Source: Chloroflexota bacterium
Lineage (GTDB): Bacteria; Chloroflexota; Limnocylindria; QHBO01
Assembly: GCA_038040195.1 (NCBI GenBank)
Contig: JBBPIR010000001.1
Coordinates: 489,141 to 553,140 of the forward strand
Direction of reading: 5' to 3'
Length of the DNA stretch: 64,000 bases
Shown: piece after piece, positions 45,433-54,837 of the stretch
Position numbering within the stretch: the stretch's first letter is position 1
Layout of the letters: each line of letters begins with the position of its first letter
Program-made: the position numbers and the translations under genes
The notes under the pieces: model-generated
What the model saw: the letters and a program-made list of their open reading frames with translations, nothing else
Told to the model about the DNA's origin: nothing
Databases searched by the model: none

Positions 45433-45975
45433 GTGAGCGCTCGGTCTCGAACGGGAGCCTCGACTCTGGACATCTCGACCGTCCTCTTCGTGGTGCTCGC
45501 CGCCGGCGTCCTCGGCGGCGGCCTGGCGGCCGTCCTGCTGCGGAACGTGATCCATTCCGCGGTGGCCATGATGGTCTCTTTCGGAGCCCTGGCGGGCACG
45601 TACGCCCTGCTCGGCGCGCCCATCGTGGCCGCCGCCCAGGTCCTCATCTACCTGGGGGCCATCAGCGTCCTGATCCTGTTCGCGATCATGCTGACCCAGG
45701 CCGGCGACGCCAACCTGCCGGCACCTTTCCAGCGCCAGGCGCCGTTCGCGGCCCTGGTCGCCATCGGGATCGTGGCCCTCGTCGGTTGGGCCCTGCTCCA
45801 GACCGACTGGCCCAACCCCAGCGTGATCATCCCGGTCGAGCTCGACGCCCTGGCCGCCGCCCTCTTCAACGACTACGCGCTGCCGTTCGAGATCGTGGGC
45901 TTCCTGTTGCTGGCCGCCATCATCGGCGCCATCTACCTCGCCCGACGGCCCGAAGAAGACGAGCGGATGAACTGA
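45433..45975 (+). CDS. nuoJ: NADH-quinone oxidoreductase subunit J
   Basis: 180 aa, 5 TM helices, NVIHSAVAMMVSF pattern. The GTG start is uncertain and lies in the 3-prime arm of a 9-bp hairpin (45410-45433). Confidence 0.85.
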   Translation: MSARSRTGASTLDISTVLFVVLAAGVLGGGLAAVLLRNVIHSAVAMMVSFGALAGTYALLGAPIVAAAQVLIYLGAISVLILFAIMLTQAGDANLPAPFQRQAPFAALVAIGIVALVGWALLQTDWPNPSVIIPVELDALAAALFNDYALPFEIVGFLLLAAIIGAIYLARRPEEDERMN

Positions 45976-45978
45976 CCG

Positions 45979-46287
45979 ATGGGCCTCAACGGCTACCTGT
46001 TCCTGTCACTCGCCCTGTTCGGGATCGGGGCCTTCGGCTTCCTGGCCCGACGCAACGCGATCATGATGCTGATCTGCATCGAGCTCATGTTGAACGCGGT
46101 CAACCTGGCCCTGGTGGCCTTCAACGCGTTCGATTATTACGCCACCGATGACGCGGGCGCCGTCTTCTCGCTGCTCGTGATGGCCGTCGCGGCAGCCGAG
46201 GCGACGGTCGGCCTGGCCCTGGTCATCGCGATCATCCGCACCCGTCAGACCGCCGAGGTCGACGACTACGCCGATCTGAAGGAGTAA
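45979..46287 (+). CDS. nuoK: NADH-quinone oxidoreductase subunit K
   Basis: 102 aa, 3 TM helices, conserved membrane Glu (ICIELMLNA, AAEATVGLA). Confidence 0.9.
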   Translation: MGLNGYLFLSLALFGIGAFGFLARRNAIMMLICIELMLNAVNLALVAFNAFDYYATDDAGAVFSLLVMAVAAAEATVGLALVIAIIRTRQTAEVDDYADLKE

Positions 46288-46291
46288 CGCG

Positions 46292-48529
46292 CTGGACCTG
46301 CAGTCGCTCGTCGCCCTGATCCCGGCCCTGCCGCTGGCCGGCTTCCTGTTCGCGGTGCTGGTTGGGCCGCGCTTCGACCGCATTCCGGAGCACGCCGAGC
46401 ACGATGACGAGCACGGCGCCGGGGCCGGTCACGACACGGGCGGCGACGCGCACGCCTCCCACGCCGAGGCGGTCGACGAGTCCGGGTACCGCGGCGTCCC
46501 GACCGAGGAGGAGCAGCGCGAGACCTCGCCCCACCGGGGCCACGCCGACGACCTGGCCAACGCCAACGGGGCCGATGGGATCATCCCCGACGAGCTGAAC
46601 GACGGGCGCGGGCAGCCCGGTCACGTGACGCCCGGCGGGCCGCGGCCGGTCTACCGCTCGTGGTGGGTCCCGGTCGCATTGGTGGCCGTGGCCTGGGCCG
46701 CGTCAATGGCCATCTTCGGCGCGGTCATCTTCGGAGGCGCCGAGTACCGGGTCACCGTCTACGAGTGGATCGTGTCGGGTGATTTCCGGATCGAGATCAC
46801 GTTCTTCGTGGACGCGCTGACCGCGGTCCTGCTGCTGGTGGTCAGCACGGTGGGCCTGCTGGTCCACGTCTATTCCATCGGCTACATGGACGGCGACCGC
46901 AGCGTCTGGCGCTTCTTCGCCTACCTGAACCTGTTCATGTTCAGCATGCTGCTGCTGATCCTGGCCGACAACTTCCTGCTCCTGTACGTGGGCTGGGAGG
47001 CGGTCGGCCTGTGCTCGTACCTCCTCATCGGCTACTGGTACAAGAAGCCGTCCGCGGCAGGAGCCGCCAAGAAGGCGTTCATCGTCAACCGGGTCGGCGA
47101 CTTCGGTTTCGGGCTGGGCGTGATCCTGATCTGGACCCTGCTCGGCACGCTGACGTTCGACGAGGTGTTCGCGGGGATCGGCGGCCTCGAGGGCTGGCAG
47201 ATCACCCTCATCGCCCTGCTCCTGTTCGCAGGGGCAGTGGGCAAGAGCGCCCAGTTCCCGCTGCACGTCTGGCTCCCGGACGCGATGGAGGGCCCCACCC
47301 CGGTCAGCGCCCTCATCCACGCCGCGACCATGGTCAACGCCGGGGTGTACCTGGTCGCCCGCGCCAACCCGATCTTTGCCCACTCGCCGGAGGCAATGGG
47401 CGTGGTGGTCGCGATCGGGGTGTTCACCGCCGTCCTGGCGGCGGCCATTGCGGTCACCCAGAACGACATCAAGAAGGTGCTGGCCTACTCGACCGTCAGC
47501 CAGCTGGCGTACATGTTCTTCGGGCTGGGGATCGGGGCCTGGGCGGCGGCCATCTTCCACCTGCTGACCCACGGCTTCTTCAAGGGCCTGCTGTTCATGG
47601 CTTCCGGATCGGTCATCCACGGGGCCGGCGGGGAGCAGGACATGCGCTTCATGGGCGGCCTCCGGGAACGCATGCGCTGGACGTACGGGACCATGCTCGT
47701 GGGGGCCCTGGCGCTGGCCGGGATCCCGATCTTCGCGGGGTTCTTCAGCAAGGACGAGATCCTGTCGGAGGCCTTCGCCCGCGGCTACCCGATCTACTGG
47801 GCGGTGGGCATCGGGGTCGCGTTCCTGACCGCGTTCTACACCTTCCGGATGATCTTCATGACCTTCCACGGCTCGTGGCGCGGGCCGGCGGCCGCCTGGA
47901 AGCACGTCCACGAGAGCGCGCGGACGATGGTCGCGCCGCTCGTCATCCTGGCCGTCCCTACCGCGCTGGCCGGGCTCCTGCTGGGCATTCCGCCCGAGGG
48001 CGGCACGATCCATCTGTGGCTGGAGGAGGTCTTCGCCAGTGCTGAGGGGCTCGGGGCCGGTATCCAGCCCGGCTCGATCCTGGCGGAGGCCATGGAGCAC
48101 GGGGAGGCGCACGGCTTCGAGCTGTTCGGCCTTGGCGGGCTGCTGCTGCTGGCCGGGGCGTCGGTCGGCCTGGCCGGCATCCTGCTCGCCCGGCGCTGGT
48201 ACATCCAGGATCCCGAGGCGCCCGCGCGTTTTGTGGAGCGCTTCCCGTTCGGGCTGGGGCCGGGCATGTACCGGGCCAGCCTGAACAAGTACTACTTCGA
48301 CGACCTGTACCAGCTCATCTTCGCTCGCGGCGGCGTGGTGCTTTCAAATGCCCTGTGGTGGTTCGACGTGAAGGTCATCGACGGGGCGGTGAACGGCGTC
48401 GGCTGGTTGGCCCAGCGCCTGGGCGGCGGGTTGCGCAGGTCCCAGACCGGGCGGGTCCAGAACTACGGATTGGGGATCGCGGCCGGGTTGGTCATCGTCC
48501 TGCTGGTCTATGCCACGGTGGTGCGCTGA
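46292..48529 (+). CDS. nuoL: NADH-quinone oxidoreductase subunit L with a ~93-aa His/Asp/Glu-rich insertion after TM1
   Basis: Antiporter-like core (WEAVGLCSYLLIGYW, SAQFPLHVWLPDAMEGPTPVSALIHAATMV). TM1 (LVALIPALPLAGFLFAVLVG) is only encoded if translation starts at CTG 46292. GAAGGAG lies 7 nt upstream of that codon. Confidence 0.85.
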   Translation: MDLQSLVALIPALPLAGFLFAVLVGPRFDRIPEHAEHDDEHGAGAGHDTGGDAHASHAEAVDESGYRGVPTEEEQRETSPHRGHADDLANANGADGIIPDELNDGRGQPGHVTPGGPRPVYRSWWVPVALVAVAWAASMAIFGAVIFGGAEYRVTVYEWIVSGDFRIEITFFVDALTAVLLLVVSTVGLLVHVYSIGYMDGDRSVWRFFAYLNLFMFSMLLLILADNFLLLYVGWEAVGLCSYLLIGYWYKKPSAAGAAKKAFIVNRVGDFGFGLGVILIWTLLGTLTFDEVFAGIGGLEGWQITLIALLLFAGAVGKSAQFPLHVWLPDAMEGPTPVSALIHAATMVNAGVYLVARANPIFAHSPEAMGVVVAIGVFTAVLAAAIAVTQNDIKKVLAYSTVSQLAYMFFGLGIGAWAAAIFHLLTHGFFKGLLFMASGSVIHGAGGEQDMRFMGGLRERMRWTYGTMLVGALALAGIPIFAGFFSKDEILSEAFARGYPIYWAVGIGVAFLTAFYTFRMIFMTFHGSWRGPAAAWKHVHESARTMVAPLVILAVPTALAGLLLGIPPEGGTIHLWLEEVFASAEGLGAGIQPGSILAEAMEHGEAHGFELFGLGGLLLLAGASVGLAGILLARRWYIQDPEAPARFVERFPFGLGPGMYRASLNKYYFDDLYQLIFARGGVVLSNALWWFDVKVIDGAVNGVGWLAQRLGGGLRRSQTGRVQNYGLGIAAGLVIVLLVYATVVR

Positions 48530-48530
48530 C

Positions 48531-50057
48531 ATGAGCGGCCTGCCGGTGCTGTCGCTGATCGTCTTCACGCCGCTGCTCGGCGTGGCGGCCCTGCTGTTCG
48601 TGCCGGGCACCAACCATCGGCTCATCCGCTGGGTGGCCCTGCTGGCGGCCATGGGAAGCCTGGGCTTCAGCCTATTCCTGGTGGGCTACGACCCCGCCGG
48701 GGCGGAGTTCCAGTTCCGCGAGGACCTTCCCTGGATCAGCGCATTCGGGATCCGCTACCAGCTGGGGGTGGACGGCATGAGCGCAGTGCTGGTGCTGCTC
48801 ACCACGGTCCTGAGCGTGGTCAGCATCCTGTACTCCTGGGGGCCGATCCAGATGCGGGTCAAGGAGTACTACGCCGCGATGCTGCTCCTGATGGCCGGCA
48901 TGCTCGGCGTCTTCGTGGCGCTCGACCTGTTCGTGTTCTACGTTTTTTGGGAGCTGAGCCTGATCCCGATGTACCTGGTGATCGGGATCTGGGGTGGGCC
49001 GCAGCGCATTTACGCCACGCTGAAGTTCGTCATCTACACGCTGGTCGGCTCGCTCCTCATGCTGGTCGCCATCCTGGCCGTGGTCATCGCCAACGCCAAC
49101 CTCCCGGGCGGGACGTTCACGTTCAGCTACGAGGCCCTGCGCGGCGTCCCCTTCCCCGATCTGCTCCAGGCTGGCGCATTCATCGCGTTCGGGCTGGCCT
49201 TTGCCATCAAGGTACCGATGTGGCCGTTCCACACCTGGCTGCCCGATGCTCACGTGGAGGCCCCGACCGCGGGCTCCATCATCCTGGCCGGGGTCCTGCT
49301 CAAGCTGGGCGGCTACGGGTTCCTGCGATTCAGCCTGCCGCTGCTGCCCGACGCGGCCCAGTCCTTCGCGCCGCTCATGATCGGCCTGGCCTTGATCGCC
49401 ATCATGTATGGCGCGCTGGTGGCCATGGTCCAGCCCGATCTGAAGAAGCTGATCGCCTACTCGAGCGTGTCGCACATGGGCTTCGTGATGCTGGGGGCGT
49501 TCGTCTTCAACACCCAGGGCCTGCAGGGCGCGATCTTCCAGATGGTCAGCCACGGGATCACGACCGGCGCCCTGTTCCTCTTGGTGGGCGTCATCTATGA
49601 ACGCACCCACGACCGGCTGATCAGCCACATGGGCGGTCTGAACGCCCGCCTGCCGGCCTACGCCGCCCTGTTCGGGCTGTTCACCTTCGCGAGCATCGGC
49701 TTACCAGGCTTGTCGGGGTTCGTGGGCGAGTTCCTGGTCATGCTCGGCGCTTTCCAGTACTCGGCCTGGGTGGGGGCCTGGGCCATGCTGGTCGTGATAG
49801 CCAGCGCGGTCTACATGCTGTGGATGTTCCAGCGCGCCTTCTTTGCCGTGCCGTCGGACTGGATGCGCCGGGCCTGGGGCGGCCTGCATGACCTGACCCG
49901 GGTCGAGTGGCTGTCGCTGGCCCCACTGGTGGTCCTGGTGGTGGCACTGGGGGTGTTCCCGGCCCCCGTCCTGGAGGCCACCGCCGGGCCGGTGCAGCGC
50001 ATCCTCGACGCGGTCCAGGGCGCCGCGGGGCTCAACCTGGTCGCCTGGCCGTGGTGA
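48531..50057 (+). CDS. nuoM: NADH-quinone oxidoreductase subunit M
   Basis: 508 aa, antiporter-like (FAIKVPMWPFHTWLPDAHVEAPTAGS). The ATG lies 1 nt after the nuoL stop. Confidence 0.95.
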   Translation: MSGLPVLSLIVFTPLLGVAALLFVPGTNHRLIRWVALLAAMGSLGFSLFLVGYDPAGAEFQFREDLPWISAFGIRYQLGVDGMSAVLVLLTTVLSVVSILYSWGPIQMRVKEYYAAMLLLMAGMLGVFVALDLFVFYVFWELSLIPMYLVIGIWGGPQRIYATLKFVIYTLVGSLLMLVAILAVVIANANLPGGTFTFSYEALRGVPFPDLLQAGAFIAFGLAFAIKVPMWPFHTWLPDAHVEAPTAGSIILAGVLLKLGGYGFLRFSLPLLPDAAQSFAPLMIGLALIAIMYGALVAMVQPDLKKLIAYSSVSHMGFVMLGAFVFNTQGLQGAIFQMVSHGITTGALFLLVGVIYERTHDRLISHMGGLNARLPAYAALFGLFTFASIGLPGLSGFVGEFLVMLGAFQYSAWVGAWAMLVVIASAVYMLWMFQRAFFAVPSDWMRRAWGGLHDLTRVEWLSLAPLVVLVVALGVFPAPVLEATAGPVQRILDAVQGAAGLNLVAWPW

Positions 50058-50064
50058 GACCGGT

Positions 50065-51516
50065 ATGAACGACCCCGCGGCGCTGTACGCGCTCCTGCCC
50101 GAGGTGGCCCTGGCCATCTCGGTCCTGGTGATCATCACCGTCGACCTGTTCCTTCCCCGGGAGCGCAAGTGGCTGCTGACCCCGCTGACCGTGGCCGGCC
50201 TGGCGGCCACCGCGCTGGCCATCGGCGCGGTCTGGACCACCCCGCCCAGCGGGGCGTTGGCGGGAGGGGTCTATACCGTGGACCGGCTGGCGCTGGTGCT
50301 GAAGCTGGCGGCGGTCGGTATCGGCGTGTTGACGACCCTGTTCGCGCCGGGCTACCTGGTCGTCCGCCGCCTGCCGTTGGGCGAGTTCAACGCCATCCTG
50401 CTGTTCTCGACCCTGGGCATCTTCGTCCTGGCCAGCAGCGCGGATCTCATCACCCTGTTCCTCGGCCTCGAGCTGATGGTCATGCCAGCCTACCTGCTGG
50501 CCGCCTTCCACAAGACCGATCGGTTCAGCAACGAGGGCGGGCTGAAGTACTTCCTGCTCGGGTCATTTGCGAGCGCCATCCTCCTGTTCGGCATCGCCTG
50601 GACCTACGGCCTGACCGGCTCGACCGTGTTCACCGAGATCGCCGAGGTGTTCTCGGGCGGCTTGATGAACGGGGCGGTGCTGGTGGCGATCGGCTTCCTG
50701 ACCGTGGGGGCGACCTTCAAGGCGGCGGCGGTGCCGTTCCACTTCTGGACTCCGGACGCCTACCAGGGCGCCCCGACGCCCATCACCGGGTTCCTGTCAG
50801 TAGGCCCCAAGCTGGGGGCCTTTGCCCTGCTGCTGCGCCTCTTCGGGGAAGCGCTCGGCCCGTTGCGCACCGACTGGCTGGACGTGTTCGTCGTGCTGGC
50901 GGTGGTGACCATGACGTTTGGCAACGTGGTGGCCCTGACCCAGACCAACGTCAAGCGGATGCTGGCCTACTCCTCGATCGCCCATACCGGCTACATCCTG
51001 GCCGGGCTGGCGGCGTTTGCAGCAGCCACAGATCCAAAGGTTGCCACCGAGGCCATCGAGGCGGTCGTGTTCTACCTGGTCGGCTACTCGGTGATGAACA
51101 TCGCGGCTTTCGCGGTGGTCGGCATGCTGCAGCGCGACGTGCGCCGATACGGCGGATTGGGCTCATTCGCGGGCCTGGCCGGGCGTCAGCCGGCCCTGGC
51201 CGCAGCCATGACCGTCCTGCTCCTGTCGCTGACGGGCATCCCGCCCACGGTCGGGTTCTTTGCCAAGCTGTACGTCCTGCTGACGTCGGTCGACGCGGGC
51301 CTGGCCTGGCTGGCGGTGGCCATCGCCCTGAATGCCGCCCTGGCCGCGTTCTACTACCTGCGGGTGGTGGTCTACATGTACATGCGTGACCCGGAGGCTG
51401 AGCCGGCGGATGTGGAGCGCTCCGGGGTCGGCCGCCTGGCGCTGGGACTCAGCGTGGCCGGCGTGCTCCTGCTCGGCATCTTCCCCGGCATCCTGCTCGG
51501 GTGGCTGCCGGCTTGA
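50065..51516 (+). CDS. nuoN: NADH-quinone oxidoreductase subunit N
   Basis: 483 aa (FKAAAVPFHFWTPDAYQGAPTPITGF). Confidence 0.95.
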   Translation: MNDPAALYALLPEVALAISVLVIITVDLFLPRERKWLLTPLTVAGLAATALAIGAVWTTPPSGALAGGVYTVDRLALVLKLAAVGIGVLTTLFAPGYLVVRRLPLGEFNAILLFSTLGIFVLASSADLITLFLGLELMVMPAYLLAAFHKTDRFSNEGGLKYFLLGSFASAILLFGIAWTYGLTGSTVFTEIAEVFSGGLMNGAVLVAIGFLTVGATFKAAAVPFHFWTPDAYQGAPTPITGFLSVGPKLGAFALLLRLFGEALGPLRTDWLDVFVVLAVVTMTFGNVVALTQTNVKRMLAYSSIAHTGYILAGLAAFAAATDPKVATEAIEAVVFYLVGYSVMNIAAFAVVGMLQRDVRRYGGLGSFAGLAGRQPALAAAMTVLLLSLTGIPPTVGFFAKLYVLLTSVDAGLAWLAVAIALNAALAAFYYLRVVVYMYMRDPEAEPADVERSGVGRLALGLSVAGVLLLGIFPGILLGWLPA

Positions 51517-52199
51517 CCACCCGCCGTCCCCGGGGGCTGGCCCTCCCGCTGACCCTCGCCCTGCTGGGGGTGGTCCTGATCCTGTCCGGCCAACTGCCCC
51601 TGGACGAGGGCGCCCGCCCCAGCCTGGCGCCCATCCCGACCCCCAGCCTGGTGGCCCGGACCCAATCGCCCGGGGCCGAACCCTCGACGGATGGCACGCC
51701 CGAGGCCACCCCCGAAGCCACGCCGATCCCCAGCGACTGGGTGGCGACCCAGATCCAGGTCGAATCGGTGGGCGTCAATGTGGCTGTCCAGCGGCTCGCG
51801 CCAGGCCAGCCGCTCGGCGAGTGCTGCGCCTTCCTCCTCGCCCAGACCTCGGACCCGGGCCGCGGAACGAACTCGTACATCGTGGCGCACGCCCTGCGGC
51901 CGCTGTTCATCGGCCTGTGGAACGTCGAGCTTGGCGCCGAGGTGCGCATCCTGATGTCCGACGGCCAGGTCCTCCGCTACCGCGTGACCGAGGTCCACGC
52001 CAACGTGTCCTGCCCCGACCCGGACGCCGAGCCAATGCCGAGCCCGCCGTTGGACCTCCTCTATGCGGGCCCCGGGTGCGAGGAGGGAGGCCGCTGGACG
52101 GCGGCCACCGACCACGAACGGCTGACGCTCCAGACCTCCCAGGGCTTCAACCGCAACTGGGGCGAGTTGATCGTGGTCGCACTGCCCATCCAGCCCTGA
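51501..52199 (+). CDS. Membrane-anchored sortase-fold-like protein with Ser in place of the catalytic Cys
   Basis: 232 aa with an N-terminal TM helix. Pattern order is sortase-like: IQVESVGVNVAV, PGRGTNSYIVAHAL, VLRYRVTEV, LTLQTS (where sortases have TLxTC), then NRNWGELIVVA. 16-nt overlap with nuoN. Confidence 0.4.
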   Translation: MAAGLTTRRPRGLALPLTLALLGVVLILSGQLPLDEGARPSLAPIPTPSLVARTQSPGAEPSTDGTPEATPEATPIPSDWVATQIQVESVGVNVAVQRLAPGQPLGECCAFLLAQTSDPGRGTNSYIVAHALRPLFIGLWNVELGAEVRILMSDGQVLRYRVTEVHANVSCPDPDAEPMPSPPLDLLYAGPGCEEGGRWTAATDHERLTLQTSQGFNRNWGELIVVALPIQP

Positions 52200-52209
52200 T
52201 CTCGACCCG

Positions 52210-52902
52210 TCAGAGGTCGCGCCGCCGGAACCGCAAGGCGGCGACGGCCCAGGCCAAGGCGGCCAGCGTCAGGCACAGGCCGATGGCCTGGAGGCCCACC
52301 GTGATCGGCCGATCGGCGGGGACCATCCCGGCCACCAGCCAGTAGCCGCTTGCGGGATGGACGGCCGTCTCACCCAAGAGGACGAGCGGCAGGGCTAATA
52401 TCGCGGCTCCCCCGACGACCGCCACGAGCGTCACCCGGCTCGAAGCGTCGACGGCGATGGCCAGCGCAGCCGCCGACAGTGGCAGCGCCGGAGCGGCGGC
52501 GGCGACCACCGTCACCGCCACCGCGACTGGACCCGGCGCCCCTTCCAACGGAGGCGGCAGGGCGAGGGCGGCCAGGATCCCGGCCAGTACGAAGGCCACC
52601 AGCACGGCCAGCGCCGGAAGCGCCAGCCAAGCCCTGATGAGCGCGGTCCGGGGCACGGCCCGGACCACCAGCCACGCTGCGGCGCCCGAGCCGATTTCCT
52701 CGCTGAAGCCTGTGCCCACCAGGGCGGCGCTCAGGACGGCGGCCACCCCGAAGCCAACCGCCAGCGCCAGGCGACCGGCCTCCGAACCGAACTGGCCGTC
52801 GACGACGACCGCCACCACGGCCGCGATGGCCGGAAGGACCAGCAGGCCCAGCAGCCGGAGCTGAATCCACAGCTGACGTGCGACGTGGACGGTGAGGATC
52901 AT
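52210..52902 (-). CDS. Polytopic membrane protein (ABC-2 permease-like), hypothetical
   Basis: 230 aa, about 6 TM helices. 4-nt overlap with the upstream ABC-ATPase-like gene. Confidence 0.55.
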   Translation of the reverse strand: MILTVHVARQLWIQLRLLGLLVLPAIAAVVAVVVDGQFGSEAGRLALAVGFGVAAVLSAALVGTGFSEEIGSGAAAWLVVRAVPRTALIRAWLALPALAVLVAFVLAGILAALALPPPLEGAPGPVAVAVTVVAAAAPALPLSAAALAIAVDASSRVTLVAVVGGAAILALPLVLLGETAVHPASGYWLVAGMVPADRPITVGLQAIGLCLTLAALAWAVAALRFRRRDL

Positions 52903-53672
52903 GGGACCAGGTCGGCCATTGCGGTCAGGCCGCGCAACGAGAGGGGCAGACGTTGGGCGTCCAGCTCGCCAATCGGCGCGTGAAGCGCGACGCGTCCGTC
53001 GCGGATGAGGACCACCCGGTCGACAACACCGCCCTGCTGGGCCGGGTAGCGACTGGCGATGAGCACGGTTCGGCGCTCGCCCGGGATGCGGAGCAGCCGC
53101 AGTCGATCGGGCGCAGCATGGGCGCGCAGCGGCTCATCCAGGAGGAGGACTTCGGGGTCGGGGAGGAGGGCGGCTGCCAGCGCCGTCCGTTCGAGAATGA
53201 TGCGCCCGGCATGCTGCAGCGGACGGTCGCGGATGGCGCCCAGCCGGAACGCCTGGAGGGATTCTTCGATCTCGCGCTGTCGTTCCGCTCCGTCGATTCC
53301 GGACAGGCGCGCGGCCAGGTCAAGGCTTTCGGCTGCCGTCATCCATCGCGGAATGCCTGGATCCGATCCAACGAACCCGATCCGCCGCACCCAGCCCTCG
53401 GGAATGGCCGTCTCGCGCTGGAGCCCGGCCAGGGTCACCGTTCCCCGATCCGCGCGCGCCAGGCCGGCCATGATCCGCAACAGGAGCGAAGGAGCCTCGG
53501 GGTCGATCCCGGCCAGCAGGACACGTGCCCCGACCGGTACCGCCAGCTCGACCCCGTCCAGGATCGGCCGGTTGCCAACCCGGCGAGCGAGGTCGACGAC
53601 CTCCACCGCCACCGGCCGCAGGCGACCGGCGGCCGGCGACGACCACAGCGCGTCCGGCGTGGAGGTCGGCAT
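52899..53672 (-). CDS. ABC ATPase-like protein with degenerate nucleotide-binding motifs
   Basis: 257 aa. Walker B LLLDEP is present. Walker A reads GIDPEAPSLLL (no Lys), no LSGGQ signature is recognisable, and the H-loop position reads IASRYP. Confidence 0.55.
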   Translation of the reverse strand: MPTSTPDALWSSPAAGRLRPVAVEVVDLARRVGNRPILDGVELAVPVGARVLLAGIDPEAPSLLLRIMAGLARADRGTVTLAGLQRETAIPEGWVRRIGFVGSDPGIPRWMTAAESLDLAARLSGIDGAERQREIEESLQAFRLGAIRDRPLQHAGRIILERTALAAALLPDPEVLLLDEPLRAHAAPDRLRLLRIPGERRTVLIASRYPAQQGGVVDRVVLIRDGRVALHAPIGELDAQRLPLSLRGLTAMADLVP

Positions 53673-53710
53673 GGCCGGACTCTACCGCGTCGCGATCGGC
53701 GAAGGGCGTA

Positions 53711-53740
53711 TTGACACCTGCCCATTCCGGGGGATAGGAT
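53711..53740 (+). promoter_or_regulatory. Sigma-70-type promoter candidate TTGACA-N18-TAGGAT for the arsR-pgsA-ino1 operon
   Basis: TTGACA at 53711-53716 and TAGGAT at 53735-53740, followed by an unusually AT-rich stretch (TTATATAAAG). The ArsR-family ATG is at 53803. Confidence 0.5.
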
Positions 53741-53802
53741 AAGCACGGCCTTATATAAAGACCACCTTACCTGTTCTCTTCAAGGGGACTCGAGCGACAC
53801 AC

Positions 53803-54168
53803 ATGACCCTTCAGCCCGCCGACTCGATCGCCACCCGCGACCTCCGCCTGCTGCGCGACCTGTACCGCGCCCTGGCCGACCCCACCCGGCTCCGCATCTG
53901 CGCCATCCTGGGCGAGTCGGGGCCGCTCCCCGTCAATGAGCTGTCGGCTCGATTCGGCCTCTCTCAGCCGCTCATCAGCTGGCACCTGCGGATCCTGCGC
54001 ACGGCGGGGCTGGTGGAGATGCGGCCCCACGGTCGCGAGAAGCTGTGCGCCCTGCGACCCGCCGCCTTCGCGGCGCTGACCGCCGCCCAGCAACGCCTGG
54101 TGGCAGGTGACCTGCGCGTGGCCGCCACCCAAGGGTTGGATGCGGGAGGCGTGCTTCGTGTCCGCTGA
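53803..54168 (+). CDS. ArsR/SmtB family transcriptional regulator
   Basis: 121 aa. LADPTRLRICAILGE...VNELSARFGLSQPLISWHLRILRTAGLV winged HTH. Confidence 0.85.
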   Translation: MTLQPADSIATRDLRLLRDLYRALADPTRLRICAILGESGPLPVNELSARFGLSQPLISWHLRILRTAGLVEMRPHGREKLCALRPAAFAALTAAQQRLVAGDLRVAATQGLDAGGVLRVR

Positions 54169-54832
54169 CCCAACGCCCCGGGGCGATGCGCTCCTCTCGG
54201 CCCGGCTCAAGGAAGCGGGTCGGGTGGCCGTTGCGCCGGTGGTGAATGTCCTGGCCGCGGCGGGGGTCTCCCCCAACTCGGTCACGGTCTCCGGCCTGAT
54301 CCTGGTCGCCGCGGCCTCGCTCCTGGTGTGGCAGCGATCCCTGCTCCTGGGCGCGGTGTTCCTGGCCGTGGGCGCGAGTCTGGACGCCATCGACGGCGGC
54401 CTGGCCCGAGCCCAGGGCGGCGCCACGCCCTTCGGGGCGTTCCTGGACAGCACCCTGGACCGCACCGGGGAAGCCCTCGTCTACCTGGGCATCGTCGCCT
54501 TCTGGCTGGATCGCACCGCGCAACCCTTCGTGCCGGTCATGCTGGCCGCCCTCGCCCTGAGCGGTTCGTTCCTGGTCAGCTACTCGCGGGCGCGGGCCGA
54601 GGCCGCCGGATTCACCGCCTCCAACGGCTTGGCGCCCCGACCCGAGCGGCTGATCATCCTGGTCCTGGGCCTGGCGCTGGCCGGGCTCGGCCATTCCATC
54701 GCTCTGATCGTGGCGATGGGTCTCATCGCCATCCTCGCCTGGGCGACTGTCGCCCAGCGTATCTGGAACGTTCGTCAGCAGGCGGCTTCCGCCGCCCTGC
54801 CTGCCCCCATCGGTCAAGACAAGGAGATCTGA
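54158..54832 (+). CDS. pgsA: CDP-alcohol phosphatidyltransferase (phosphatidylinositol phosphate synthase-like)
   Basis: DAIDGGLAR...[13 protein letters not shown] matches the D-x2-D-G-x2-A-R...D-x3-D motif. The GTG start at 54158 has GGGAGG 8 nt upstream. 11-nt overlap with the ArsR-family gene. Confidence 0.8.
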   Translation: MSADPTPRGDALLSARLKEAGRVAVAPVVNVLAAAGVSPNSVTVSGLILVAAASLLVWQRSLLLGAVFLAVGASLDAIDGGLARAQGGATPFGAFLDSTLDRTGEALVYLGIVAFWLDRTAQPFVPVMLAALALSGSFLVSYSRARAEAAGFTASNGLAPRPERLIILVLGLALAGLGHSIALIVAMGLIAILAWATVAQRIWNVRQQAASAALPAPIGQDKEI

Positions 54833-54837
54833 ACATC

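Noticed and set aside
45410-45433. An intrinsic terminator between the MBL gene and nuoJ.
   Set aside because: The 9-bp hairpin has no following U-tract and overlaps the nuoJ start. It is more likely a processing or stability element, or coincidental.
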